Below, piece by piece: positions 1 to 12,668 of a DNA stretch of 64,000 bases (its first letter is position 1; each line of letters begins with the position of its first letter). Under the pieces are notes generated by a model. It was given only the letters and a program-made list of their open reading frames with translations, searched no databases and was not told the origin of the DNA. A program made the position numbers and the translations under genes. Source of the DNA: Cirrosporium novae-zelandiae (lineage: Eukaryota); NCBI GenBank assembly GCA_026023565.1, contig JAPETS010000010.1:310001-374000 (forward strand), in the 5' to 3' direction.

Positions 1-7
1 CTCATAG

Positions 8-677
8 AAACATCGTTGCTACGGTCAACCTTGTAAGTATTAAATGTCTCTTCGTTGCGAGTTTGCAAAAGCTAACCGTCCAAGGATTGCCGCCTTGACC
101 TTAAAACGATCGCGCTTCATGCTCGTAATGCTGAGTACAATCCAAAGGTAATAGGATGAAGTCTATTTTCACTCAATCCAACACTAACTCTCCCAGCGTT
201 TCGCGGCTGTCATTATGCGTATCCGCGAACCCAAAACCACTGCCCTGATCTTCAGCTCTGGCAAGATGGTTGTCACTGGAGCTAAATCCGAAGCCGATTC
301 AAAGCTCGCCTCTAGAAAATACGCTCGTATCATCCAGAAGCTCGGGTTCAATGCGAAGTTCATGGAATTCAAGATTCAGAACATTGTTGGCTCTACCGAC
401 ATCAAGTTTCCCATCCGTCTTGAAGGACTTGCAAGTCGCCATCACCACTTCAGCTCTTATGAACCTGGTTAGTTATTATCATAACCTTTAGTTATGCAAT
501 CTAACCTCTTGTTTAGAACTCTTCCCTGGTCTCATCTACCGCATGATCAAACCTAAGATTGTGCTGCTCATCTTCGTCAGCGGAAAGATTGTACTCACAG
601 GAGCCAAAGTGAGAGAAGAGATCTACCAAGGTTTCGAAATGATCTATCCTGTGTTACAAGACTTCCGAAAGGTGTAA
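8..677 (+). CDS. SPT15: TATA-binding protein (5' part lies outside the window); exons 8-32, 85-147, 197-467, 517-677
   Basis: Spliced translation [60 protein letters not shown]...[34 protein letters not shown]...DFRKV* is the TBP core repeat. Introns are GT..AG with CTAAC branch sites. Confidence 0.98.
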
Positions 678-3388
678 ACCTTGATCCTAACACATTCTGA
701 TCGATCATTCTCTTCGCTGTACCATCAGTACTTCCATCCAACACCTTTGTATTAATACGGATACATGGTTCATGCTCGTGCTCGTGCTTATGCATTTTCA
801 ATGGCGTTCTAGCGATTTTTTTCAAGGATACCTAAAGTGACGGTTTTTTCTCGCTATGATCTTTTCCTTTTTTTACACGCACGTTTATCAAGCACCATTA
901 GAAAGTCGCACTTCTAGCTTATAAAGCAAAGTGTGCGCTGGTTGTGAGAACCCAAGGAGGCTTTTTCTTAATTTCTCCATGTTTCCAGGCGTCACATAAG
1001 GTCGTGTGTTTTCTGGGCTGTTATCTTTGAAAACGGCGGTCAAAGGCAGTCGAGGTTTTTTTTTTGCTCCAGGGCTCACTTGTCCTTGGGATCTGGAGCG
1101 TACAGACTTTAAATTTTTAAGTGGACACAAGGGCAAACAAACAAAGATTGCTGAAGCTTTCGCGAGATTGATAAATGTCGTGGCTTTGCTATGAGATGGT
1201 GTGAGAAAGCCAAACTACCTCTCTAGCTACGGTGAAGTGGTGGGTGGGTTGTGGGCAAGTCTGTGGATGGAAATGGCAAATGGCAATCGTTGGTTGATAA
1301 TGGATGGAGCAAAGTCTTATGCTATGTGTACAAATCTTTATTGACTCCAATCGTGAAGGACGTGGATGGCTGTTCTTTTTTTTTTCTTTGGAGGATTATC
1401 TCTGGCTACAGAACATTTTGTGGCTTTCATCATCATGAGGTCTTTCCATAATGGATGGCCGTTTATAATCCTCTCATAAAAGAAGTCAGCTGAACAGGAC
1501 CTTGACAGCAAAGCAAAGTTAAGCTACTGAGCGAGAGGAGCAAAACAAATACACAAACCAAAATAGCTTAGACTGGATGTTCTTATTCATAAGACAGAAT
1601 TAAAAAAAAAAACATTTATGGTTAAAAAATATTCCTTTTGATTCCGCTGTTTTGTTTTGTTTTTCTGTAGGGAGAAAGAAAGAGAGAGGGTGTGACAATA
1701 CTTTTTTTCCCTTTTTCTTGTTTCAAGCGAATCGTTGTACTGTATGTACATATACATACTTCTCCTGCCCAGCGCTAACAAGAGCAAATCATATCCAAGT
1801 TTCAACAAAATGGGTACATGTACACAGTAACCATTAAGATATTTTCAGCCTCGGTAGACTAGAGAGAGCCAAGAAAGTGATGCCTAGAATGAACATTGAT
1901 GCGATACCAACCAACTAAATATAATTAATTCACTCCCAAACAAAGTAAGCAAGCGCTCTCTCGAGAAGAAAACCAAATCAAATCAAATCAAATCTCCAAC
2001 CTACCCAGTAGTATTTATTTATTTATTTAAATAGCATAGAGCATGTATGGGCATGGCTATGAGCATCTGACACTTACGTTTTCGCCCCCCCCTCTACTCT
2101 CCTCCATTCCTTGCCCCCCCCCCCCTCCCCTCTCAAACTAAATAAATAAACAAATTAGAATCAAGGTATGTATTTATTATGAATGGAATGGAATGGCTGG
2201 CTATGAAGAAGATTTAAAAATAAAAAAATATCATCCCGGAGTAAGTATGTAGTAGCAAAGCTCTGGAAACTTCTTCAACCCAAGTATCTTTTTACCTTGC
2301 CTTGCTTTAGATATTTCATTTAACTAGGTAGATAGATTAAGTGTGTCCTAAATATTTATTATCCCTCGAAGTATTATGATGCTGGGATATATATATATAG
2401 TATGCTTATTCTCTATTCTACCAATCCCCGTTTCCATCTAACCCATCCCAACCTACAACCCCTACCCACAGTACACCCCAAGGTACATGTACATGTCCAA
2501 TACACCACCTAACAGTTGACAGGCAGATAAAGATAAGATAAGATAAAATCTAGATAATAGTTAACTCGAGTACGACATGGAACTACGGAAATAAAAAATA
2601 TTGATTAGAATCAAGTAATTAGATCTATACCTATATAGGTACCTAGGTACCTAGTGATCACGCACGGGACACACTGGACACGGTGATTTAATTCTATTGT
2701 TACTTTATATTCATTATATTCATTATTTTACCAAGTGCAGTAACAAATCCGATTAAATTATAGATTGGATTATATTATCACGTGGATGTCCTTGGATATT
2801 CTTTGAAACTTGAACTTTATATTATTCCTCCAGCAAAGCTATATTACTTATATACGCATTATCCATCCTAGTTAGTACACAGCTCAATAATTAATTACCC
2901 CCAATTACTTAATCTGATTGATAATCTTTGTCCATTGATTTGGGTTATTGAATTATATAGATAATTATTCAATCTTATACTATACTATACCATATAACAA
3001 TAATAAAAGGCCCATTCATCCATCTATCCCTTTACTCCCCCTTATCCCATCCCATCCCACTCCTTCGTCATATACTCTAATATATAAGTATACATACATA
3101 GATATATAAAGAGATAAACAGAGACCATCATCCTTCTTACCTATATAACGGTTAGACTCGGATTTAATACAGGTCGGAGGAGGGAGGGGGGGGAAACCCT
3201 AGATTGATTTATAGAATAGGCGCTAATTATCACAATAATGTACTGTACTGTACACACACGCACACACACAATAATAATAAAAAATTAAACAAAATTCTAC
3301 GGTAGTTTATTTCATCTTCACGTTGAAAGTTAATAGTTTAATCAATCATTTAATATAATCAATTGATCAGCTAAAATGAATCTTGTCT

Positions 3389-3390
<2 letters not shown>

Positions 3391-3429
<39 letters not shown>

Positions 3430-3433
3430 ACAC
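3391..3433 (+). repeat. (CA)n microsatellite inside a low-complexity island (~1500-3900)
   Basis: Directly visible. Confidence 0.95.
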
Positions 3434-4041
3434 AAACAACCATCCAGCCGACTTTTCCTTCCATCCCTCTCTCGTTTTCCCCCACCCCATTCTAGTAAAA
3501 AAAATAACTGCATAAAACCATAGCTAGAGCTAGCTAGCCATAGCCTGCCACAGCATAGCAATCAACAAAAAGTCCAGCAAGAACCAACCCAAAAACAAAA
3601 CAAACCTCCCCAGCCAACCAGCCAGCCAGCGCCCCTCCTCTCTTTTTTAGTTGATAGTATACATAGACAACAAAAAAAGTAGTGCCACCAAGAAAATTCT
3701 CAAAGTAGTTGTTGGAAGAAATTTTGTGACAAAGTTGGAGTGGAGCGGAGTGGAGTAATGTGTAGAGTCCGTAGGAAGGATAAAGATTTCATCCATCGAT
3801 AAAAAAAGAGGCAGTCACGTGTGAAAAGGGTTTTTTTTTTAAAAAGGTGCAAGCGAAGGCTGTTTCTAGCCCACTCCACCATCACATTAATTAATTTTTT
3901 CTTTTCGACCATTCAAACATTTCATCTTGTCATCGTCCTTTCGGGCGCAAGTCGATGGATGCTGGTGATTGATAAGGTAGTAAGTCTCAAGCTCGTCATC
4001 GTACAACAAAATCCCAGTTTTCATATGTCCCCAGCCCATAT

Positions 4042-5429
4042 TTAGAATTCCCCAAACATGTCATCCAGTTCCTCCAATTCCACTGTCTCGGGACTTTTGA
4101 GATCCCACATGCCTCCCCCTAATGAGTACATACCACTATCTCCCACCATCATCATCGTGTCTTCTTTTGAAGAAAGTTCTAATTTCTTTCCTGTTACGTC
4201 GATTGATAATTGCATGTCCTTGGCCTTGACCATCGGACTACTTCCTCCTATCGAAGACTGACTTGACATGACTACTCCGTGGTTCATATTTAAATTTGAT
4301 CCGAATAATACATCCGCCGCTTCTTTATTTCGTCGTTCGGACATTTCCGGCGTCTCGTCACTCTCTGCAGTTATTGACATTCCCTGTTCATCTAACTCTG
4401 GATTTGCGATAGGATCACTTTCGTTACTTTCGTTCATTCTGGAGTCGGATTGGGAGGTGAAGCTCCGTGTTTGCATTGAGTTGGCCGTGTATTGGAAGTC
4501 AACTTCATCACCTTCCAATGCGCATTGGGAGTGCCGGGAATTTTGACTTAGTTGCTGTTCCGTGGGGTTACTGTTCAAGCTAGGAATACCAGAAAAGCTA
4601 CCAGGCGTTGGAGGACCGCCAGGGCTGTCCCCGTCAAAGTCGTCGAACTCTGGAGATGAAAGATCAACTTCGGGGCTAGGACTCATAGTTTGTCGCTCGC
4701 GGTTCGCTTCCTCGTCTTGGTCTATGCTTTCGCTAGAAAGACTGGGGCTTATTACGCGCGGCGCAGCTGGTGGGAGAATATCATCAGAGTTGTCTGGCAG
4801 CTCCTGGTGAGGTGATGTTGTGAGGTAGAAGAAGACCTTTCGTGGATGGACCGGTATAAGTTCTTTTGCGATTGGGCAGGGTGCTAAGGCGGTCCATGGG
4901 CGCTTAAGGTAGGCACTTAATCGGGAGGATAGCAACGCAGCAGGATTCGCAGAGCTATACGACATGTCGGTCAGTATTTGACCTCAAGATGATAAAGGAA
5001 GCAATTGAAATACCTTGCTACAGAATCATTGATTGAACCCAAGACCTGAGCAAGCTCTTTGATGAGATGAGGTCGGTTTCCCGTTTTCTCAAGCTGCTCT
5101 ATAACTGCTGTGACAATATCATCATTTATTCCTTCCGTGTCAACCTTGGGTATCTCGCCCGACGCTCCTGGCGACGGTGGCGGGGTATGTTCATATGGCC
5201 GACTTCGACTTTTCGGTCGCTCGGAGGCGGTTGATAGTGTTGCATGGTGGTGTGCGGGTGTATTTGTGGCGGAAGTTTCTGAAGGTGATCGCTTGACCCT
5301 CTTGCTGGGAGGAGATGATGGTTCGACGGAATGTTTCAGGTTTGAAGGTCGATGAGTTCGTGACGAGTGTGGTAGTTGTATGCCAAGCGATGGCAGGGAC
5401 AATGATTTCCGACGTGTATTATAAGGCAT
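4042..5429 (-). CDS. Conserved fungal protein with a Gds1-like winged-helix domain; exons 5429-5014, 4954-4042
   Basis: Two ORFs joined in frame by a 59-nt GTATTT..CTGAC..TAG intron. MPYNTRRKSLSLPSLGI, INDDIVTAVIEQLEKTGNRPHLIKELA and SANPAALLSSRL..YLKRPWTALAPCP are motifs I recall from this Pezizomycotina family. Confidence 0.8.
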
Positions 5430-8305
5430 AGCTGATGGGTGGTCGTTACAGCAACAAATTGGAGGTGATCAGAGAGTTGTAAAGTCGGAGACTTGGTTGG
5501 AGGATGGGATGTATTTGGTGTATCAAAAACGAGGAGGATGCGACAAACACAACAATTCTGCCTAAGGAGTGGAGTCAGTACTAGTGAATAACGCGTTGTA
5601 AAGGTAAGCGGGGCGCCATGAAGGATATTACGGATAGTGGGTAATTTTTTTTCCCTTTGGTGTTGGCGTTGGTGCTTAGGTGACGGACAGGAATGTATGT
5701 TTACCTTTTTCTGCAGCTTTGGGGGAGGGGGGGGGGGGTAGTTGGGCTATGCAGGTGTACAAAGCTGCATACACCATACAAAGTGTATAGTTTTTTTTTT
5801 GTGTTGTAGGTAGATTGGGAGGATAGGAGGAGGGGGGGGGGGTGTGTGGAGTTGGTCGTCTGGAATGCAGAAGCCAGTAACTGGTATGACAGTTTTGGCA
5901 GGTTTGGCAAAAAAAAAAAAAGATGGCACGGAGCACACACACCACAACTTTTCGAATTGCCAGGAAAAATAAAAAGGCAACTGTGCGTAAGTAAGGTAGG
6001 TAGGAGAACGGACGATAATGTTTGATTGATTGTTTGTTTGGTTGATGCTTTTTTTTTTTTTTTTTTTTCCAACCGATGAAAATGATTACCGCCTTTTGTT
6101 TGATCCTTGCTTTGGCAGTAAAGGCGGTAAAGGCAAAAAAAATAAAAAAAAAGTAGGAGAATTAGCGATGGAACGCCCCCTTCTCTCTACTACTTTCGTC
6201 TCGTCTCGTCTCGGGATCTGCGTGGCTGCAGCAGTTGACAACAAACAAAACACACACACACACACACAAAGATCCGCTTAAGTTAAAATTACCCCCCCAA
6301 AGCCTCAAGTCGGTCAGCAAGCCAAGTTATTATCAACCAACTTTTTCCAAAAAAAAATAAAAATAAAATTTTGTTTAATTAATTTCACAAGTTTATCAGC
6401 AAGACGTGATGAAGGAAGTAAGTAATAATCAAAAGTTGTGTGTTGTGTTTGTTGTAATGTAGATTAGAAGGGGGGGGGGATAGATGAAAAAAGAGAGAAA
6501 TGAGGTTTGTGAGACTTTTTTTTTTTTGGACCTTGACCTTGACCGTTTTCTCTTTTGGCGGGGGAGGGAGGGAGGGGCGAGGAGTTTGGTTTTGGTTAGG
6601 GATGTAAGCAATAGGGGTAAGATGATAGTGGTGGTGGGGGGGTGTGTGTATGAAAGTTGTGGAAGTTGTGGAAGGGGGGGGTAGAGACCAAACTGACTTG
6701 AGTTAATTTTGGTTTGGAATGGGAATGGGATGAGGGATTCTGGGGGTGTGAACCACTGGAAAAGAGAGAGAGCATTGAATGGATCGGGTTTGGTGTGAGT
6801 TTATTTTTTTTTTTTCCTCCAAAAAAGCCCCAACGTCTCACATAACAAGTTTTATGAAAGAATAAGCCCCCCCATAGAAACCATGGACACAGTACATACA
6901 CACATGAAAAATCCTTGTTGTTCGGACGAACGAACGCTTTGGAAACCTTGATTATTTTTTTTAATACTAGAAAGTAAAGGATAATTCATTGGTTTAGGGA
7001 TAGATGGCTAAGCTATCTTAGGTACTTTTTTTGTTCGAGGTATATTGAATGATGATGATGATGATGCTAGAAAATTAATGAAGATGAGGCACTCACTACC
7101 TTGTTTGTTGCTATCTTTGATGTTGCTGTTGTTGCTGTTGTTGCTGTTGTTACTGTTATTTGTTGTTATTATTGTTATTGCTGTCATCGTCGTCGCTATC
7201 TTTTAACTATTTTAACTGTTTAATTAAAACTTGCTTTGCTTTGCTTACCTGTCAAAGAAGGGGACACGACCAACAACAACAACAACAACATCAACACCAA
7301 CACCAACACCAAAACTAATCTAAAACCAAAAAAGAAGAAAAAGAAAAATCATCAAGAGATTCAAATCTGAGTCTAGTTAATTCGTATACATAAACTACCT
7401 AGGTAGCTAGTTGGATGGATTCAACAAAGGTTCCCTCATGGATCCAGACAAATCACACAATAAACGATTGGTTGTGTGTGCGAAAGCGAAAGTTGAGAGT
7501 GTGGCATTTTGGAACTTTTTGGTTCGGAAATCATCAGATTGGTTGGAAAGTTTTTTTTTTTTGAGATATAAGTTACATACCCCCCTGCTCGCTCTATTTC
7601 TCCCCCCCCCCCCCCCCCCCCCAATTAAAATTCCATGTGGGTTAATCCCTGGTCCAGTTTTCTTTCCTTTCCCCTTCCTCTACTACTTCTTTTTGCTTCT
7701 TTGGCTTCTAAAATCTTTCCTTTCGGCACTTTTTCTTGCTTTGTTCCTTTTGGGGCCAAAATTTCTAGTTAATTAATCTTAGGGGCTCAATAAGGCCCAA
7801 ACAGAACGAAGAGAAGAAAAAAAGAAAAAAAAAAACTCCTTGGGTTCTGTTCGCTCCGACTCTAAGACGATAGAAACTTCCGGGGAATCAGGCATACCAT
7901 GTTCTCTTCCCTGCAGTGCCTTACTTCCTTGTAGTTAGTTAACGACAACAGCAAAAATGAAAAGTATCAAATAGTTCGAAAAAGTCAATTCGAAAACAAA
8001 TAAAAAAAAATACTAAAGGTTCAAAGTCCCGCATAAATTTCAAACTGGCCTCTTTCCACCCGATGTTCATCTTATGAAAATCATGAAAAGAGTAAAGGCA
8101 AAAACAAATTAGATAATTAGCCAATGCGTTCATCAACAACACATCATGGTCCCACCGTTGCTTAGCTCTTTTATTTCCGATAGGTATTCTTTTATTCCAT
8201 GGACCCAATTTAAAATCAACGGTTACTCGCATCTATTTTGAGGGTGGTGGTGATGTGATGACTGTGATACCTCGTTTCTGATCAAAAGCGGAAAAAGGGG
8301 AGTGC

Positions 8306-8334
8306 GTAGGCAGTTAGGCAGGTTAGGCAGAGTA

Positions 8335-8369
<35 letters not shown>

Positions 8370-8370
8370 G
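8306..8370 (+). repeat. Degenerate (GTAGGCA)n heptamer tandem repeat
   Basis: About 7 copies of TAGGCAG are directly visible. Confidence 0.85.
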
Positions 8371-8956
8371 AGGTTTGTCGCCTCTCCGCACCCTTGAAAA
8401 AAAAATGTTCCAAAGTCAAGTTATCTGATTTGACTTGGCATTCTTTTCAGCTGATGAGATACGAGGTAGGTTGAAGATGTTCCGTTGATTGATTGCCAAT
8501 CATTGCCAACCGATTAATATGGAATGAGTGATGGTGACGCCGGTTCGGTGGCCAAGGCGATTCAACCGATCCAGCCGATCCAGCCACGCGCCAGATAGGC
8601 CGATAACCCCCATAACCGAGCATAACCCCCCCATAACTTCATAACTTCATAACTTCGTAATCTTCTCGTTGGGCGCTTGTCACTCCCAGTGTCGAGCCTT
8701 GACGTATTACCATCCTGACCTGAAACCATAGCTCTCACTTAATTAGATTATCACGTTTTTGATCCTTTTTGGCCTTTTTAATGCCATTTTGAGTCTTGAC
8801 CATTGGGGCATCGGTAAATCCTTTATCTTTCATCCTCCTGTCATGTACGGAATTTGTACCGTGCATCAACCTATTCCAACCTCCCGTCGAGCCTATTCTG
8901 ATACCAATATGCCCTGAAGAAGTAACCCAAGTAACCCGATTCAGCTTCTTAATGCT

Positions 8957-8988
8957 ACCAAGGAACCAAGGAACCAAGGAACCAAGGA
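8957..8988 (+). repeat. (ACCAAGGA)x4 tandem repeat
   Basis: Four perfect 8-mer copies are directly visible. Confidence 0.9.
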
Positions 8989-9098
8989 ATTCATGCAGGG
9001 TCCATATCATTGGAATTATGGCCATCAGGGAGGATCAACATCTGTCGCGCGAAGCCGTCGCGAACTGATTCATCCATGTTACTTTTTCCTTTCCTGCG

Positions 9099-10167
9099 TC
9101 ATGACTCTACTGGTGTTCCTCCCCCATCATCTTTCTTGCGCCGCAGCTCTAGCCAATAGGTTGTTCCTAGATGCTTTCTTCTCACTTTTACCACCTCCAG
9201 TCCACTAGCCTCTACGATCGCATCGATATCCCGATTCCACCAACAGCCATGCCTGTTCGCATGTTGCTTAGCCAGATCATCCAAGATTCTACTAACCGAC
9301 TCATAGAAGCTCCTTCCATGCTCCAGCAGCAGTATCTGCCCATCCTCCTTGACCAAACTCCCTAAATGTTTTAGGAACCCCACAGGATCTACAACGCTGC
9401 ATAATCCCATGGTCTCCACCACCGTATCAAACCCCTCAAACTCTGGTGCCGTCTTCAACTCCTCCGCAGCCTGAACCCGATATCCCACCCTGACAAAACC
9501 CGGAAATCGACCCTTAAACTTCTCCTGCGCAACCTCCATCATCGGGCCACTGCGATCCACAAACGTCAGGCTTTTGATTTCTCCACTCTCGATCCCCGGG
9601 GCATAGAATTCCACGTTTCTTCCCGTGCCACAACTGACTTCCAGTACATGCCCCTTGGACTTGGCAACCAGCTTCTTCCGTAGTTTTTTCATTCCCATTA
9701 GCTTCTCGGAGAATTCAATATCGGCGTCATAGCTGGTGGCGGTCCAATCATAGCGATTCGAGACGTCATCAGGAAGGGAAAGTTGGCGGGACTGATCGAC
9801 AGCCCTGTGGTAGGAATAGTAGAGATAGACTCCATAGGCCGTAAAACAGTAGATGGCAGTGCCTCCGATCAGGTACCAACCTTTGCGGATTTTCCGGGGA
9901 GATTTGGGTATCACCGCAGGGTCTTCTTTGGATGCAGGAGTGTGTCGCATATTCTGTTGCTTCTTTTCTCTGCCAGTCGCGTATGTGGCCGTGGTATTGC
10001 TGTAGGTAAATCTAGATTAGGCACCAAACCTAAGACACTTGGGGGGGGGAAGTTAGAAGGGAAGTGACATACGTAAGACAAGGCACAGAAACATGGGGAA
10101 TAGGATATATGCCTCTAAATATGGAAGACTGACACACTACTGTGCGTTTGCTCAGCTGTCTAAGCAT
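9099..10167 (-). CDS. OMS1: Mitochondrial SAM-dependent methyltransferase, OMS1-like; exons 10167-10073 and about 9999-9099
   Basis: Motif I VLEVSCGTGRN, FDTVVETMGLCS, ILLLEHGRS and HGCWWNRDI, plus one TM segment. An upstream exon MLRQLSKRTVVCQSSIFRG resembles a presequence and joins in phase via a GTATGT donor. An alternative ATG lies at 10191. Confidence 0.88.
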
Positions 10168-10856
10168 CGGGTTTGGTAGGAAATATATCATTTGAGAAAG
10201 ATGGAAGCAACCTGGAACCGGATCCAGATCTATCCTGAACGCCTATAGAACATTATCCTTGTAAGTATTATATTGAAATGGGATGGAGAGAACAGAATGT
10301 TAGAATTGGAAGCCTAGAGAGTGTGGAGAGGAGATATACACAGCGAGGTAATAACTGGTGAGAATAGGAACAGTTCGGCTGCAACCGCTAAATAGACTCT
10401 CTAGACAGGCGTCTTATCTTATCGCAACGAGGAGCTTCTTTAAGAAAAAGAAGGCCGGCCGAAAATACAAAATAAACAACACCATACAAAGCATTATGCA
10501 AAAACTATTGGAAACTACAGCACAACTTCATCAAAAAAAGAGTGTCTTTTTGCTTTGTATCGATTCTTAGCAATTGGTTTTATCTTGCATGTTGGACTTT
10601 GATTGTTGTGTTGCTATGATATATTCTATTGTCCCACTTTTTTTCTTTATCAATCGCGTGATAGGGCATGGGTTCCTAATGAATTGAAATAATAATAATA
10701 ATAATAATTAATTATCGACTATTACATTAATATCGTAATATGCCCTTGAAGTTTCCGATTCCTTCTCTCTACTCTTTTTTTTCTCCATGTGTAGATATTC
10801 TTTTGTCGATACCCATTGATAGTTTTTGATATTTTCCATCTCTCCACTCCTTCAAT

Positions 10857-12402
10857 ATGACTACCCCACCAAACCCCTCTCCAGAATCCATTCTCATAAT
10901 TGGATCCGGGGTCTTTGGACGTACAGCTCCTGCATCCCTCTCTCTATACCACCCAGCAATCCCATGAGCACTGACACACCACTGCACCCATAGTGTCTAC
11001 AGCGCACGCGCTCATCAACCGCTCCACGATCCCCAAAACCACAAGCATAACCGTGCTTTCGCCAGGGGGCTTTCCCCCACCAACCGCCGCATCAATCGAC
11101 AGCTCCCGCATCATCCGCTCCGACTACTCCTCCCCCCTGTACTCTAACCTCGCTGCGCGCGCACACACACTCTGGCGCACCACCCCTCTCGGCGCCGATG
11201 GCCGCTACACAGAATCCGGACTCGTTCTCACGGCGCAGGATGGCCAGAGCGGCATGGAATACGTGCGCGACAGCCTTGCCAACGTTCGTGGCCAGGAAGA
11301 CAGCAGCAAGATCTCAGTGCTAGATTCGGAAAGGAAAATTGAAGAGGCAGTGGGGTTGGGTCCTGGATGCGGGACCGGCACCTGGGGATATCTCAACCGA
11401 TGCGCGGGATGGGCGGACGCAGAGGCGGCAATGATATTCCTACGCTCGCAGGTTGAGAAGGCAGGCCGCGTGAAGTTTATCGACGGAGAAGTGGAATCTC
11501 TTATTTTCTCCGCTCCCATCAACGATACCAAAAATGAAAACAACAGCAACAACAACGGGAAACGCAAAGTGTTAGGCGCACGACTGAAAAACACCACCAA
11601 GACCATAACCGCCACCCTAACGATCCTAGCGACGGGCGCCTCAACCGCCAGCATCCTCCCCTCCGCCTCAACCCAACTCTGCGCCACCGCCCAAACGGTC
11701 GCCTACCTCCCGCTCACACCAGCCGAACACACCCTCCTGCAGAAATCCCCCGTGCTCCTAAACCTAACAACCGGGCACTTCATAATCCCACCTTCCCCCT
11801 CAATGCCAGTCCTAAAAATCGCCCGCCACGCCTACGGCCTCATAAACCCAACTCGAATCCCCAATCCGGAACCCCCCGCTGCCACTGCCACATCTACTCC
11901 CCACTACAACTACTACAACCCCAATCCCCTAATCTCCAACCCTACGCACCCTCCCCAAATCCCCGCCTCGACCTCAAAATCCCTCCACTTGGCCCTCCAC
12001 GACCTCCTCCCGCACCTCCCGCACCTTTCCACACGCCCCTTCAGTAAAACCCGCCTATGCTGGTACACGGACACGCCCACGGGCGACTTCCTGATCGGCG
12101 CGCACCCAGCATATGCGGTCGATTCACTGGTTCTTGCCACGGGGGGGAGCGGACACGGGTTTAAGTTCTTGCCGGTTATAGGCGAGAAGGTCATAGATTT
12201 TGTGGAGGAGCGGTTGGAGGGGGAGTTGGTGAGGGCTTGGGGGTGGAAGGGGGGTGGGTTGAGGGAGGGAGAGGGAGAAAAGTGGTGGGAGAAGGAGTTG
12301 GGGTGGCTGGGGACTAGGGATGGGAGTCGGGGAGGGGAATGGGGGAGGACTTTGAAGGAGGAGGAGGAAATGGGGGATAGGTTGGTTAGAGCGAGGATTT
12401 GA
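10857..12402 (+). CDS. FAD-dependent sarcosine/L-pipecolate oxidase family (MSOX/fructosyl amine oxidase-like); exons 10857-10920, 10994-12402
   Basis: ILIIGSGVFG/LSTA dinucleotide-binding motif split by an intron; ASIDSSRIIRSDY; TRLCWYTDT (covalent-FAD Cys position); ATGGSGHGFKFLPVIG; C-terminal ARI is PTS1-like. Confidence 0.92.
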
Positions 12403-12570
12403 TGGGTTGGCTGGTTGGTTTGGTTGGTTTGATTAGTAGGGGGATGAGAGAGAGTGAGTTATATAACCTTATACTCACTTAAAGGATTATTTAATATATA
12501 TACATACATACCTAACAAATACTCTACGGCAATAAAAAGAAGCAAGTTTTCCTTCGGGAGTTGTAATTAA

Positions 12571-12571
<1 letters not shown>

Positions 12572-12627
<56 letters not shown>

Positions 12628-12668
12628 AAGAAGAAGAAGAAGAAGAAGAAGAAGAAGAAGAAGAAGAA
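12572..12668 (+). repeat. Compound microsatellite, (AGT)~18 followed by (AAG)~14
   Basis: Directly visible. Confidence 0.95.
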
